Below, in pieces: positions 1 through 14,607 of a DNA stretch of 64,000 nt. The first letter of the stretch is position 1; every line of letters starts with the position of its first letter. The notes beneath the pieces were generated by a model, which was not told the origin of the DNA, did no database searches, and saw only the letters and a program-made list of their open reading frames with translations. The position numbers were made by a program, and so were the translations under genes. Location: assembly GCA_951406725.2 (NCBI GenBank), contig OX597836.1:49166001-49230000 (forward strand). Reading direction: 5' to 3'. The DNA comes from Octopus vulgaris. Lineage: Eukaryota.

Positions 1-123
1 GACGACGGGTATATAGCTGTATATGCAATCGAGCACACACGCACACACCACACGAACACACTTTCAAACATGAATATATGTGTATATATATAACAAGCAT
101 AGTTATATGTAAGTGCATGTGAG

Positions 124-183
<60 letters not shown>

Positions 184-420
184 AGAGAGGGATTTCTCTC
201 TCTCTCTCTCTCTGTTTGCGTGCGCGTACTATGCTATGCTGTGCGATCCGTTCGGGTGGTCGATATGGGTGGATGTAAAATGAACGGAACGAACGCAGAA
301 TTCGAACCTCAAATGTTTTGACGCTGAAGCTGCGTGAAAAGAAGAAAAGAAAACTTCTTTCGGAATTATTTGACAGAACAAAATATTAGAAAAATACAAA
401 CGTGACCACACACAGGAACA

Positions 421-889
<469 letters not shown>

Positions 890-971
890 GGTCCCGGGTT
901 GAGTCGGGGTTAACCACAGTAAATAAGGTACTCAATACATAGCAGAGTAAATTAATTTATTTTATAGAAGG

Positions 972-1022
972 AGCTTCTACAGGACTAGAACTGTTTCATT
1001 CCAATGAAATCATCAGGAAGCT
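972..1022 (-). ncRNA. Type I hammerhead ribozyme motif (minus-strand mirror copy)
   Basis: Reverse complement reads AGCTTC-CTGATGA-TTTCATTGGAAT-GAAACAG-TTCTAGTC-CTGTA-GAAGCT. The only difference from the plus copy is in the stem III loop. Confidence 0.75.
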
Positions 1023-1069
1023 TCCTGATGATTTCATTGGAATGAAACAGTTCTATTCCTGTAGAAGCT
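1019..1069 (+). ncRNA. Type I hammerhead ribozyme motif (plus-strand copy in the palindrome)
   Basis: AGCTTC-CTGATGA-TTTCATTGGAAT-GAAACAG-TTCTATTC-CTGTA-GAAGCT. Stem I agcttc/gaagct, core CUGAUGA…GAAA, stem III acag/ctgt, GUA cleavage triplet. Stem II is weak (ttc/gaa closed by U·U). Confidence 0.75.
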
Positions 1070-1080
1070 CCTTCTATAAA

Positions 1081-1151
<71 letters not shown>

Positions 1152-1277
1152 CATGTATGTATGCATGTATGTATGCATGTATAGCAGAAACGAGGAATTC
1201 CTGACGTAAATCCAGCGGCGATTTTGCAATTGCGGTGGATGACACCAGATAGCCATCGGCAGTGAACGTGCTTTGAG

Positions 1278-1322
<45 letters not shown>

Positions 1323-1325
1323 TTA

Positions 1326-1356
<31 letters not shown>

Positions 1357-1939
1357 TTATAGAACACGCACACACACACACATTTACGTATGTTTGCGAG
1401 GAGCTTCTTTCAGTTTCCATCTACAAAATCCTTTCTGGAGACTGTAGTCGGCCCACGGCTATTGCGGGAGATCCTTGCCCAATGTGCCACACAGTCACGC
1501 CCGCACCCACAATGCCGCAGCTCTCCTGCCTTCTCAACAAAACGGAATTTCCCCTGAATATTGTTATATAAACTGCGATGTTCTGCCTCTTAATGAGCGT
1601 CTTAAAATAGCATTTATTTAATTATTCTTTTATTTGTGGCAGTTAAATAAATTCCGACGTAGATTTGGATTCCCCCCCCCCCTTTTCTTGTGGTTCCCCA
1701 CCCGACCCCTATGCACACACCATCCTCATCGCCATCACCGCCACCATTCCCACCATCGCTCGCGGCGGCGCCGCCGTTGCTCCCACCGTCACACTGAACC
1801 AATCCAAACTCGAGATAAATTTTTTTTTTCCATTGAAAATATTCAATAAATAATTAAAAATTAATTACAACTATGAGGTTTATAGTAACAATCTCCGAAT
1901 AATTATGTTATTAGAGGAAAGACATAACTCGATCTACAC

Positions 1940-1970
<31 letters not shown>

Positions 1971-2323
1971 TTGACAGTGATCGTAAGACTATCAGATCTC
2001 TCTCTATATATATATAAACACATATACATACACAAACACATACGCACACACACGTACATATATACATAATCATGTTTGTATATTTATATACATTTATATA
2101 CACATGGTTTATATTTATATATAGGTGTGTGTTGATGGTGGTGGTGGGGGTTAATATATGTGTGTAAAAATGTGCGGTGTGTATGCGAGATCTGGGTTCG
2201 TCAGAGGTTTGCATTTGCGGCAATTTGCATCCGTTCTGACACGAATTCATTCATACAGAAAATAATTTCACAAGCAAAAATACACACACACCGTCTATCT
2301 ACCTATCTATCTGTCTATCTATC

Positions 2324-2553
<230 letters not shown>

Positions 2554-2560
2554 TATATAC

Positions 2561-2770
2561 CAGAGATGCAGCACGGACTTTGTCAGTGAACAGGTCGCGG
2601 ATTTTAGCGACGAAAATATTTTGACAAATTAAACTTAAATGTTGAAGTGAATCGAACGGCTTTTGTGTGTTTCTTAAATGGCTTACAAACACCTCCCACG
2701 CTGCAATTGTTTTCGTTTCAGCACACGATCTCAGATCAAATTACTTGCTATGCGAGTACATCTCCGTAAC
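2561..2770. mobile_element. Dispersed repeat fragment, possibly a DNA transposon end; second copy at 17788-17920
   Basis: About 130 bp (tttgtcagtgaacaggtcgcgg…ccacgctgcaattgtt) is shared with 17788-17920. It begins CAGAGATG right after a TA run. The class assignment is inference. Confidence 0.55.
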
Positions 2771-2792
2771 ATATATATATATATATATCTAC

Positions 2793-2850
<58 letters not shown>

Positions 2851-2876
2851 CTGTGTGTGTGTATATATGTGTGTGT

Positions 2877-2947
<71 letters not shown>

Positions 2948-3352
2948 CCCATATTAAGGATTCGGGAGAGAATTAGGTACTTAAATGATAGGCACCAGGT
3001 TGGGCCAAATTAACTTGTATACACCATCTTCAGTCGAATCAACCGCTCTAGTGAACTGACATTTATCCAGCCTATGTTATTTAACTCTTTGCTGACACAC
3101 ACACACACACAATATATATATATATATATACAATACATATAATATATATATGCCTGCTCGCTTAGCCAGCGGGGTGGCGTCGTTCGAAGGCTAAAACAAT
3201 GCGAACGCATTGTGACCAGCGATGTGTAGCAACATCTGATGGTCTGGTCGGTCAAGTGATCACGTGATATAATATATATAATATATATTATATATATACA
3301 TATATATATGTATATATATATACATATATATATATAATACATATAATATATA

Positions 3353-3401
<49 letters not shown>

Positions 3402-3413
3402 CACACACATATA

Positions 3414-3467
<54 letters not shown>

Positions 3468-3544
3468 TATATATATACGTAGAGTACCGAAACTTCGAAG
3501 TCACTGTCTATTCTTGTTAAAGCAGAATGAATTTGAACTCAAAT

Positions 3545-3755
3545 GTGTTTGTGTGTCTGTGTTTGTCCGCGCACCATCACTTGAGAACCGATGTTGGTGT
3601 GTTTACATCCCCGTACTTTAGCGGTTCAGCAAAAGTGACCGATGCAATAAGTACTAGGCTTGCAAAGAAAAAGTGTTGCAGTCGAGTTGCTCCACTAAAG
3701 GTGGTGCTCCAGCATGGCCTGAGTCAAATGACTGAATCAAGTAAAAGAATAAACG
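3545..3755 (+). mobile_element. tRNA-derived SINE (family A), 3' half
   Basis: Matches the 3' half of the copies at 10349 and 12280 (aaccgatgttggtgtgtttac…ggtgctccagcatggcc…actgaa). Confidence 0.85.
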
Positions 3756-3834
3756 AAATCCATTGAGTAATTCTTCAGATTAATGTAAAATTTTTATTTT
3801 AACATAAAAACAGATATTAATATATGTATATATT

Positions 3835-3898
<64 letters not shown>

Positions 3899-3899
<1 letters not shown>

Positions 3900-3982
3900 T
3901 TTATTTAAAGCAGCAGAAAATTCAACAAAATCTGTTACTCTCAGTTTCTCGTTGCCTTTCATCAGACAGTTGTGTTTACTCC

Positions 3983-3984
<2 letters not shown>
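3899..3984 (-). ncRNA. Short HHR-bearing repeat (family H2); hammerhead motif at 3932-3969
   Basis: Reverse complement reads CTGT-CTGATGA-AAGGCAACGA-GAAACTGAGAGTA-ACAG. Homologous to 45516-45596 and 60906-61054. Flanked by (TA)n. Confidence 0.65.
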
Positions 3985-4055
<71 letters not shown>

Positions 4056-4467
4056 TATAGCTAGATTATATATATATATATATATCATACTATGTATTAT
4101 ATGTATTATATATACGTATGTATGTAAACATATATATATATATACATCTGTATGTATACATATACATTTATATGTATGTATTATCTCGTGTATGTGTGCA
4201 TAGATGTGTATAATCGTGAGTATATACATGTGTGTGTGTGTGTATTTTATATATGTCGTATGCTATGTGCGTGTGCGTGTGCGTGTGTGTCTGCGTGTGT
4301 GTGTGTGTGTGTGTGTGCTAATCGGGCACATTACTTCTATTCAAAATTTTTGGTTTTATGATGACTTTTGACATCAGGGATTTTGGGGTTGGTATCCATC
4401 CATCCAGCTATCTATCTATCTTTCTATTTATACGTGTAAATGTCTTTATATATATATACATATATAA

Positions 4468-4512
<45 letters not shown>

Positions 4513-4563
4513 TATTAAAAGGAATAACATGAATATAACTATACATACATACATTCACACATG

Positions 4564-4598
<35 letters not shown>

Positions 4599-5189
4599 AG
4601 GTATGTAGAAAAATACAACATGGACAAGAACGTATAACTCTTAGAAGACGACACAATAAACACGGACAGGACATTCGAAACCCTCAGTCTTCAGTCAAGA
4701 ACCGGATCATCGTAGTAATTTCGGCTGATTAATATATATATATATATACATACACACATAAACGTATATATATGTATATGAAGGTATATATATATATATA
4801 TATATATATACCTAATATGTGTGTACCTACGTACATATACAATTACACTTACATATTTAAACGTGAACATTCTCGTACATGTATATATATATAAGTATAT
4901 ATATGAATGTATTTATGTATATGTATATATATATATGTATGTATGTATATATATATATATAGAGAGAGAGAGATAGACAGGTTATACATATATTATAGGT
5001 TATACATCCACATACATGACATACAGACATGACTAGAAAAACGCAACCCCCCTTACAAAGATACAGAACGAAACACGCTAATACATGCACCCCCCCCCCC
5101 AACAGACACACACATGCATTTATACACCCACACTCACTCACACACACACATATATATACATGCATGCATTCATACAGACATACATCGAC

Positions 5190-5567
5190 GCACATCACCC
5201 GACCCCCCCTCCCCCGTTGACACAATACTGACACGCAAACACACCCCTACCCCCACCCCACACTCCTTACCATACCTTCTTCTATTTCCTACCCTCTCCG
5301 CTTCCCCCTCCCCCTTTCTCTCTTGTTTTAACTCTCTCCCTCACGCATATTATATATAGAAATGTTATCACTGCCACCACCACCACCACCACCGCCACCA
5401 CCATAGCATTTCCCCCTCTCACCGCCACCCCTTCTCTACCTGTATATTACTCGTACCAACCTCCCTCCCTCCCATTTCACCCGTTAACCCTTCCTCTTTC
5501 CTCTGAATGTTATCTCCTCTCCCTCTTACCCCGCCCTCCTCCTCCTCCTACCATCTCTACCTGTACA

Positions 5568-5605
<38 letters not shown>

Positions 5606-5821
5606 CTCTTACCACACATTATATTATCACAGCATCTCCTCCCCCCTCCTCTTCCTCTCCCTCCTCCTCTCCAAGTCATTCCTTCCAACTATGGTGGTGT
5701 GCTTGGCCTATATTTAGCAGGTCAAAATACGGTCAAAGCGGGTGTGTCAGTCGTCAGCAGCTGTGTGCTTGCGATGCGTGTGCCACCGTGATCTGTGTGC
5801 GGCGCATAGCTATGTGTGCGT

Positions 5822-5857
<36 letters not shown>

Positions 5858-5899
5858 TGTGCTTTCTTTCTCTCTCCATTATGGATTATGACATTGCTG

Positions 5900-5965
<66 letters not shown>

Positions 5966-6448
5966 AGAGAGAGAGAGAGAGAGTAAGAGCGTGTTTGAAG
6001 TGTGGTGTATCTGTGTGTGTATTTGTGGGCGTGTTTGAAGTATGTGTGTGTGTGTGTGTTTATGACATTGCTGCACGTATGTATGTATGTGTGTGTGTGT
6101 GTGTTTTCGAACTGTGTTGTGCAGTTGAGTGTGTACGATGTATGTTATGTGCGTGTGTGTGTGTGTGTATGCATGTATACGCATTATTGTGTGAATGCTG
6201 CGGAGTATTTGCATGTGTGTGTGTGTGTGTGTGGTTTGAAGTGTGCTGTTTTGTGGTTTCTCTGTGTGTTTTGAACTGTGCTTGTATATGTGTTCCGTGT
6301 GTGTGTGTGTGTGTTTAAGCAGTGTTGTGTATGTGTATAATGTACGTGTGTGTGTGGGGGGGGGAGTTTCAAAGAATTGCTTTTTGTTAGGTTTGTACAT
6401 GTTTTCAGCCTGGTTTGTTTTTTATATATTTTTTTAATTTTTTCAAGT

Positions 6449-6494
<46 letters not shown>

Positions 6495-6723
6495 TAGAGG
6501 AAGCAGAGGGAAAATTGAAAGAATAAAGTGAAAGAGAAAGAAAGAAAGAAAGAAAGAGGGGGAGGGAATAAAATGGGAGAAAGAGAAGTAAAGAAGTTGG
6601 ATATCAGGAGAGAAAGAGTTAAAAGAGGAAGAGAGAGAAGGATGGAGAGGTGGAGAGTAATGAAGGGAGACAGGAAGACGAAGAGATAGAGGGGGAGAAG
6701 AGGGAGAGGAATAGAGAAGGACA

Positions 6724-6758
<35 letters not shown>

Positions 6759-6989
6759 AAAAGGACGATGGAGAGGTAGAGAAAAAGATAGATACATAGT
6801 GAAGAGGGAGAAAGAGATGAATAGAGAGTGAGTGGGAGAGAGAGAGAGAGAGTCTATGATGGATGCAATGCTGTTGTATTATGTAGTAATAATAGAGGGG
6901 GAGGACAAGAGGGGAAGGAGGAGATAGAGGACTATGGAAGAGTTAGATAAGTGGAGGAGGGGTGAGGAGGTGGGACTTACTGAAGTAGT

Positions 6990-7022
<33 letters not shown>

Positions 7023-7250
7023 GGCGGAGGGGGTTGTGTTACATAGATGGTTGTTTGCTGGAGGGAGGGAGGGAGGGAGAGGTGGGAGGTAGTTGATGAT
7101 GCAGGTTGAGTGATTGTGAGGTAATAAGGTAAAAAGGAGTTGAGAGTTTGGAAGTCAAGATGGAGGAGATAGAACGACAGACAGATCGATAATAAGGGGG
7201 GAGGGGAGAGGAGTTTAATAGCAGCCAGCCGAGGAGAGAGAGAGAGAGAG
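5190..7250. repeat. Pyrimidine tract (5190-5680), GT-rich tract (5820-6360) and purine/GA tract (6450-7250)
   Basis: Strand-biased low-complexity composition seen directly. Confidence 0.85.
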
Positions 7251-7481
7251 AGCACAGCTGTGTGCTAGAAGATCATATGTAGATAGATATAATGTGTGTG
7301 TGTGTGTATACATACATATATATCTTATATATATATATATATATATATACTAAGTAATTAAGGGTTTTAATTACTTAGTATTACTTAAATTTTCCTCGAA
7401 TGGGGCTTTTACATGCCGAAATCTACTTGGTGTAATTGATAATTATCCCTAATTAATTAATTTCACCCTTTATTATTACTG

Positions 7482-7534
<53 letters not shown>

Positions 7535-7547
7535 CACACACACACAC

Positions 7548-7674
<127 letters not shown>

Positions 7675-7913
7675 GATACACATACACGCACATATGCATG
7701 TTTGTGTGTGCTTGTTGTGTATATATATTTAATGTATGCATCTATATGAGTGTATATATCATATATAATATATACACACATTATAAGTGTGTATGGGTTC
7801 AAAGTGATTGTCACTTGGCATTTTTATGTTCTTTCGAGATTTTTTTCTTTATTTAAATAAACCCTTTTCTTCTGAATTCATTTGAGTTGAAGTCATGATG
7901 TCATGGTGTTCAT

Positions 7914-8295
7914 GCGTGGCCGTGTGGTAAGTAGCTTGCTCACCAATTACATGGCTCCTGGTTCAGTCCCACAGCGTGAAACCTTAGGCAAGTGTCTTTT
8001 ACTATAACCCTGGGCCCACCAAAAATCCTTGTGAGTGGATTTGGGAGACGGAAACTTAAAGGAAGCCCGTCGTGAGTGTGTATGTGTGTGTTCGTGTATG
8101 TGTACTCCACCACCGCTTAACAAACAGTGTTGTTGTATTTGCGTCCCCATAACTTAGCGGATCGGCAAAAGGCCGAGTGAATAAATAGCGTGGGTAAAAA
8201 AAAATTTAGTATTGGGGTCGATTCGTTGGAGTAAAATTCTTCAATGTGGTGCCCCAGCATGGCCGTTGTCAAAAGATTGAAACAAGAACAAAAGG
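7914..8295 (+). mobile_element. tRNA-derived SINE (family A), near full length
   Basis: Head has A-box-like tggccgtgtgg and B-box-like ggttcagtccc, then CORE-like ccttaggcaagt, an internal GT microsatellite and the tail ggtgccccagcatggcc…gaaacaag. Confidence 0.85.
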
Positions 8296-8373
8296 TGTTT
8301 GTCATTGTATGTATCCGTATGTGTGTTTGTGTGTTTTATATATACCAACACACACACAGATAGATAGACAGAT

Positions 8374-8482
<109 letters not shown>

Positions 8483-9367
8483 TTGACAGACACGCATACA
8501 TACATATTGTTGTACTTTGGAAGGGCTATTGTGCCACCAATGTACCCGCTGGCACTGGGTATAGTTTACTTCATTACTGTTAAAGTAAGCAAGTCTTGGT
8601 AAGTTTGTTTTTATTAATGGTACGACCTATCCAAAGTACAAATTCATTTGAACTCGCGGTTTGAAATAAAGCAAAAAACCTGAAAACAAAATATTATCTT
8701 ACAAATCGAACGAAATTTTAAATATCGACTTGTACTATTATTACCCTGCTATTCGATTATTTAAGTTTCTTGTCACAAAATGCTATCCCCAAATGTACTC
8801 TCAGCTTTATTTTTATCATCATGAATATTTACTCCAAAGTGCATAATGAGTACTCTTTATTTACTTCTTTCGTATTCCTTTACTTTGTAGAACGTTTGTA
8901 TATGTTGTTTATATCGTATTTTGAATAGAGTTACTGTGAATCTTTTACATATATTTTCTGATATTTTTCGTTTTGACTATCCCATCGTAGACGTTGTCCT
9001 GGCATGTATTAGTGCTTCTACAGTTTACTATTAATTCTTGTTTTAATATAATTTGCTAATTTTATGTGTATTTCCAAAAGGCAAATATCATAATGAAATT
9101 TTGGAGTAATGAAATCCGAACATTTTCTTGGTTAATTCGAAATTGTCGATTTTCATTTATGTCTCGTCAATATTAACATACAACTAAATATCAACACGCT
9201 AGATAGAACCTGCCAACGGCAGAAACAACAAAATGTATGTAATTCATAACAATTAAAAACAAATATATCGATATATTGAAAAAGATCGAAACATTTTCAC
9301 CTCATAAATATTTTCGCTTTCTACTTACATAACTTCACGGTTGTTCACATAACTAAACTCAGTAACG

Positions 9368-9459
<92 letters not shown>

Positions 9460-9799
9460 GCACACACTCGTACACACACACAGAAGCACACACATGAATG
9501 CACATCCACACGTATATATACACACACACACACATATATGTGATCGCCGTTGTTTTATCTTTTACCCAAAATAACAGCTTTCTTTATCGTTTCCATAATT
9601 CTCCTAAAATGTTTGTGCTGTGTTTTATAATTACTGAAGGCTCACTAATTACACCGGCTTTAATTTTTCTTCGAAACTAATCCTAGAGCTTCTGCTGAAC
9701 CGATTCCATTTTGAGGCTGATTTCATATATTATCACTTGCAACGATATTTTGACATTTAAAACTCTATATTATTCAATCAGGAAAGTACTTTATCAAAA

Positions 9800-9852
9800 T
9801 CTTAACAACAACAACAGCAACAACGACAACGACGATGATGATGATGATGATG

Positions 9853-9931
<79 letters not shown>

Positions 9932-9960
9932 TAATAATCCAAATCCAAATCCAAATCGTG
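9800..9960. repeat. Compound (AAC)/(GAT)/(AAT)n trinucleotide repeat followed by (AATCCA)3
   Basis: Seen directly; explains the poly-N, poly-I and poly-L ORFs. Confidence 0.9.
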
Positions 9961-10348
9961 CCAACCCAGTGCCGCCCAAACAGAAGCTTCCTTACTTGTA
10001 GCAGAGCTGAACAGAAATTTTGTATACATATAAGCGGCCCGCATTATTGAAGCTTCGTTCTCCTAAAAATCTTACCGTAACGCAGAGTTCCGTAACAAAA
10101 AAACACAAAAAAAAACCCAGTTTTCCACTAACTTCCTTATTATGGAAACCAATGAAGAAAAATGAACTATTTTGTGCAATCGCAACTCCACCACTCCTCA
10201 TAGAACACACGCCTGGTCTCCTTTTCCAAGCATAGAATATTTCTCCACAATATAAAGCAGTCACAGCTTTAGCGCCGTAGGTCGCGGAATATTTAGAATT
10301 ATTTCTGTTCTTCTGATTCTCACTGTAGTTATTAAAATTTCTTTGACT

Positions 10349-10693
10349 AGGAGTGAATGTGTGGTAAGTAGCTTACTTACCAACCACATAGTTCCGGGTT
10401 CAGTCCCACTGCGTGGCACCGTGGGCAACTGTCTTCTACTATAAGCCTTTGGCCGACCAAAGCCTTGTGAGTGGATTTGGTAGACGGAAACTGAAAGAAG
10501 CTCGTCGTATATATGCCCCCCCCCCCCGTCATCGCTTGACAACCGATGCTGGTGTGTTTATGTCCCTATAACTTAGAGGTTCGGCAAAAGACTCCGATAG
10601 AATAAGTACTAGGCTTACAAAGAATAAGTCCTGTGATCGGTTTATTCGACTAAAAGCGGTGCTTCAGCATGGCCGCAGTCGAATGAATAAAAA
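10349..10693 (+). mobile_element. tRNA-derived SINE (family A), full length
   Basis: gtgtggtaagtagctt…gggttcagtcccactgcgtggcacc…gcggtgcttcagcatggccgcagtc; high similarity to the other copies. Confidence 0.9.
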
Positions 10694-10920
10694 AAGTACT
10701 GGTGGTACTATCGAGTTAGTCCTGGCCGAAACCAATCTAAGTTATCTAAGTTATTACTGTTTCAAAATATTTAGATTTGCTTAAATTTATCAACAGTTTC
10801 AGGTGCGAGGCCTAATGAAACGGGACAATCGAATAATATAGTGTTTGAAATGTGCATGTGAGTGTGTGTGTGGGGGAGAGGCTATAAACTGAGAGATCGA
10901 TATATATAGATAGATAGATT

Positions 10921-10998
<78 letters not shown>

Positions 10999-11278
10999 CA
11001 CACACACACACACACATGAAATGAATTGAATATTTGAATTGAAAGAAAGTGTTCCTCTCAAATGACCTCATTTGGTGCTGGTTGACCTTTTTTTATAACC
11101 CTTACTTTAAAAAAAAAATGATAAACAACGAAAATTTCAGTACCCTGAGAAAGCAGGGTACCTCGGTTGATGTATATACTAATACAAAGATGGGGCGTAG
11201 GCGGGGGAGAGACATGACTAAACATGAATAAATGTTTCGAGAGAAACGTAGAGAGAGAGGGAGGGAGAGAGAGAGAGG

Positions 11279-11344
<66 letters not shown>

Positions 11345-11604
11345 TAGAGACAGTTCGACTGGCAGGTATAAAAGATAAGAATCAGCAGATATATTCAAGG
11401 GTTAATAATTCCATAAAGGAGCCCCCACCGCCGTCCCATTCAACCCTGCATAATTTAGTCGATTGAGGGCCCTAACGTTTCTAACAGGTAAGGTTCCCAG
11501 AAATCCAGGTAGACTGGCTTTCACTCATCCCCGCCCCGACCAGCCAGTTGAGCTGAACGATGTGAAAGTCACACACTCATTTGTGTGTGTGTCTGCCTGT
11601 GTAT

Positions 11605-11683
<79 letters not shown>

Positions 11684-12009
11684 CATACACACGCACACAC
11701 ATTTTTACGTACATGAATACAAACGTATGCATATATATTTTACACACACACACAAACACACATACTGAAACAGACACACACACACATAGGACAACCTTTT
11801 CCATTAACTCTTAACAGCTGTAAGGGTCGGCTTAGTTTATAATACTTATCACACACCCACCTTCCCACACGCCAACACATGCACGCGCACGCGCACAAGC
11901 ACATCTAGGCCATCATGTGAACATCAGATATAACACAGAGCTCTATGTATGGCGCGCGCACGCGCGTGTCTACGTGTACATACAGATACATGTGTGTGTG
12001 TTTATGCGA

Positions 12010-12158
12010 TGGGATTCTTTCAGTTTCTGTTTACCAGATCCACTCACAAGGTTTTGGTCGGCCTCAAGCTATAGTAGAAGACACTTGCCCAAGATGCCAC
12101 GCACTGGGACCGAACCCGGAACCATGTGGTTAAGAAGAAAATATTTTACCACATAGCT
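12010..12158 (-). mobile_element. SINE family A, 5' half
   Basis: Reverse complement of the SINE head and body. Confidence 0.85.
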
Positions 12159-12224
12159 ATGTATGTGTGTATGTATGTATGTATGTATGTATGTATGTAT
12201 GTATGTATGTATGTGTGTATGTAC

Positions 12225-12276
<52 letters not shown>

Positions 12277-12279
12277 GTA

Positions 12280-12672
12280 AGTGTGGCTGTGTGGTAGCTT
12301 GCTTACCAACCACATGATTCCGGTTTCAGTCCTGCTGCGTGGTACCTTGGGTAAGTGTCTTCTGTTATAGCCTCAGGCCGACCAAAGACCTGTGAGTGGA
12401 TTTGCTTGACGGAAACTGAAAGAAGCCCGTTGTATATATTATATGTATATGTGTGTGTGTGTGTGTATGTTTGTCTTTGTTTGTCCACCCACCATCGCTT
12501 GACAACCGATGCTGGTGTGTTTACGTCCCTGTGACCAAGCAGTTCGGCAAAAAGAGACCAATAGAATAAGTACTAGACTTACAAAGAATAAGTTGTGCGG
12601 GACGATTTATTCCACTACAGGCGGTGCTCCAGCATGGCCGCAGTCAAATAACTGAAACAAATGAAAGAAAGA
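12280..12672 (+). mobile_element. SINE family A, full length
   Basis: Same head, body and tail as the 10349 copy. Confidence 0.9.
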
Positions 12673-12680
12673 AATGTGTA

Positions 12681-12736
<56 letters not shown>

Positions 12737-13164
12737 AATATACAAGTACAGATGTAGTATAGCCGAGGAGAGAAAATTGATTCTTTATAGAATAAAACTC
12801 GAATTTTTTATGCTCGTTTTGTTTTTGTTATTTACGTTTTCTATTTTGATTATTTACAAGGGTGGAGGGGGGGGCAAGAGCGAATCTGTTACAACTGAGC
12901 TTCCCTGCTAACAACATTCAATGTCAACTGCATTCATTCAAGTTTTCCAATAATAATATTAATAATAATAATAATGATGATGATGATGATCATACGGAGC
13001 CAGCCCAGCCGTCTCTGCGTAGCTGAATGTCTTCCTAAATACAATGAAGATCGGCTTTTTTCACTCTGAACTTGGCTGTCATTAGAAATCGATGCAACGC
13101 AGGTCACTTGTTACTCGGAACAGCAGCAATTATAATGATACATGCCACACGTCATACACACACA

Positions 13165-13229
<65 letters not shown>

Positions 13230-13237
13230 TACATATG

Positions 13238-13280
<43 letters not shown>

Positions 13281-13360
13281 ATATACACATACATACATAT
13301 ATATATGTATATATATATATGTGTGTATATATGTATATATATGTATGTATATATATATAC

Positions 13361-13400
<40 letters not shown>

Positions 13401-13419
13401 TCACACACACACATACATA

Positions 13420-14607
13420 CAGAGTGCGGTGACATCTCATTTTAACTGATATATTTACCAAAATTACATAAAAATATCTTGAAATACTAAAGAGTAAATT
13501 TAGTCAATAAAATCGCCATTGGCTTCAACGACGGCCTCCAAATGACTTCGGAACCTCCTGCAACTCTTCTGGGCGGTTTCCTTGTTCAAGTTGGTCAATG
13601 CTGCCATAATCCTTGCCTTCAGTTCATCTTTGGTGTTACAAGGAGTTTTGTTGGTCTCTTGCTCAACCGTGCCCCACACATAATAATCAAGGGGGTTGCA
13701 GTCTGGGGAGTTAGGTGGCCAGATGTTAGGGGTGATGTAGTTGCAGAAATTGTCTGACAGCCATGACTGGGTTCTCCTGCTTGTGTGACATGGTGCAGAG
13801 TCCTGTTGCCAGACATAGGGCCTTCCAGCAGCTACCCTCTTTACCCAGAGTAGCACTACCTCCTCTAGGCACCTGATGTAGGCCTCTATGTTGAGTCTGA
13901 GGCCGTGTGGGAAGATGAATGGAGGCATAACGTCACCATCGCTGGTGATCACTCCAAACACTATGATGTTGAGTGGATGTTTGATTTTTATCCCTCTTGG
14001 TACATGCTTTGGGGACCCAGCAAGCCAACGGTTGTTCTGTGTTCACCATCTGAACCTGGCAGAAATTCTTCTCGTCTGAGATAAACCAAAGCATGTTCGG
14101 TTGTATGGGATGCTTGAGTTTGTTCAAAAGCTTCGTAGCGCGATCTTTCCTCTTGCCGTTGATGGCTTGGATAACAGTTAGCCTTTTCTCATTTTCATGC
14201 ATTACCTGCCTGATAAGAAACTCACACACTCTCCATGATCGATTTGGAGGTATCGTTGTCAATCATGGCCTGGATCTCACCAACAAATTCAGGAGTTTTC
14301 TGGGTTCCCTACCTTCGTAATCACCATTAGACTCATCCAACTCCTTCCGAATCCTCTGCACCCTCCTCACATTGACACCCGAACACTCTGAAATGTTTGT
14401 ATTGGAGCTTCTGGCGTGAATGTCGAGCAGTGCAGCATGTCGTTTCCGAATTTCTGGCAAAGCGAATTGCGGTATGGTGCTGGTTTTTCTCACAGACGGT
14501 GACCAACTGACCCTACTATACTATGTAGTCACCAAAATCAAAAACAAACAATGCGCATGCGCGAAAGTAAAGATATAAAATGGCGACAATTTACCCATCT
14601 CATCCTG
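13420..14607 (-). mobile_element. Tc1/mariner DNA transposon, DD37D (maT-like), with a frameshifted transposase
   Basis: Transposase is split over ORFs 14263-14493, 13933-14262 and 13500-13961. Motifs WFISDEKNF, WQQDSAPCH and WPPNSPDCNPLDYYVW; 37 residues between the second and third D. TA at 13418-13419 and 14608-14609. Degenerate TIRs (cagagtgcggtg vs caggatgagatg, 8/12 match). Confidence 0.9.
13500..13961 (-). pseudogene. DDD catalytic-domain remnant of the mariner-like transposase
   Basis: ORF track: GVITSDGDVMPPFIF…QQDSAPCH…WPPNSPDCNPLDYYVWG…VEANGDFID. Confidence 0.9.

Larger units (their letters stand above)
955..1086. repeat. 132-bp palindrome (66-bp arms, no spacer, one mismatch) within a ~200-bp insert (887-1086) flanked by (TA)n
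   Basis: 955-1020 is the reverse complement of 1021-1086 except the 985/1056 pair. Centred on AAGCTT. Confidence 0.97.

Noticed and set aside
9711-10001. Poly-D/poly-N protein
   Set aside because: Explained by trinucleotide microsatellites; the flanks have no recognisable coding signal.
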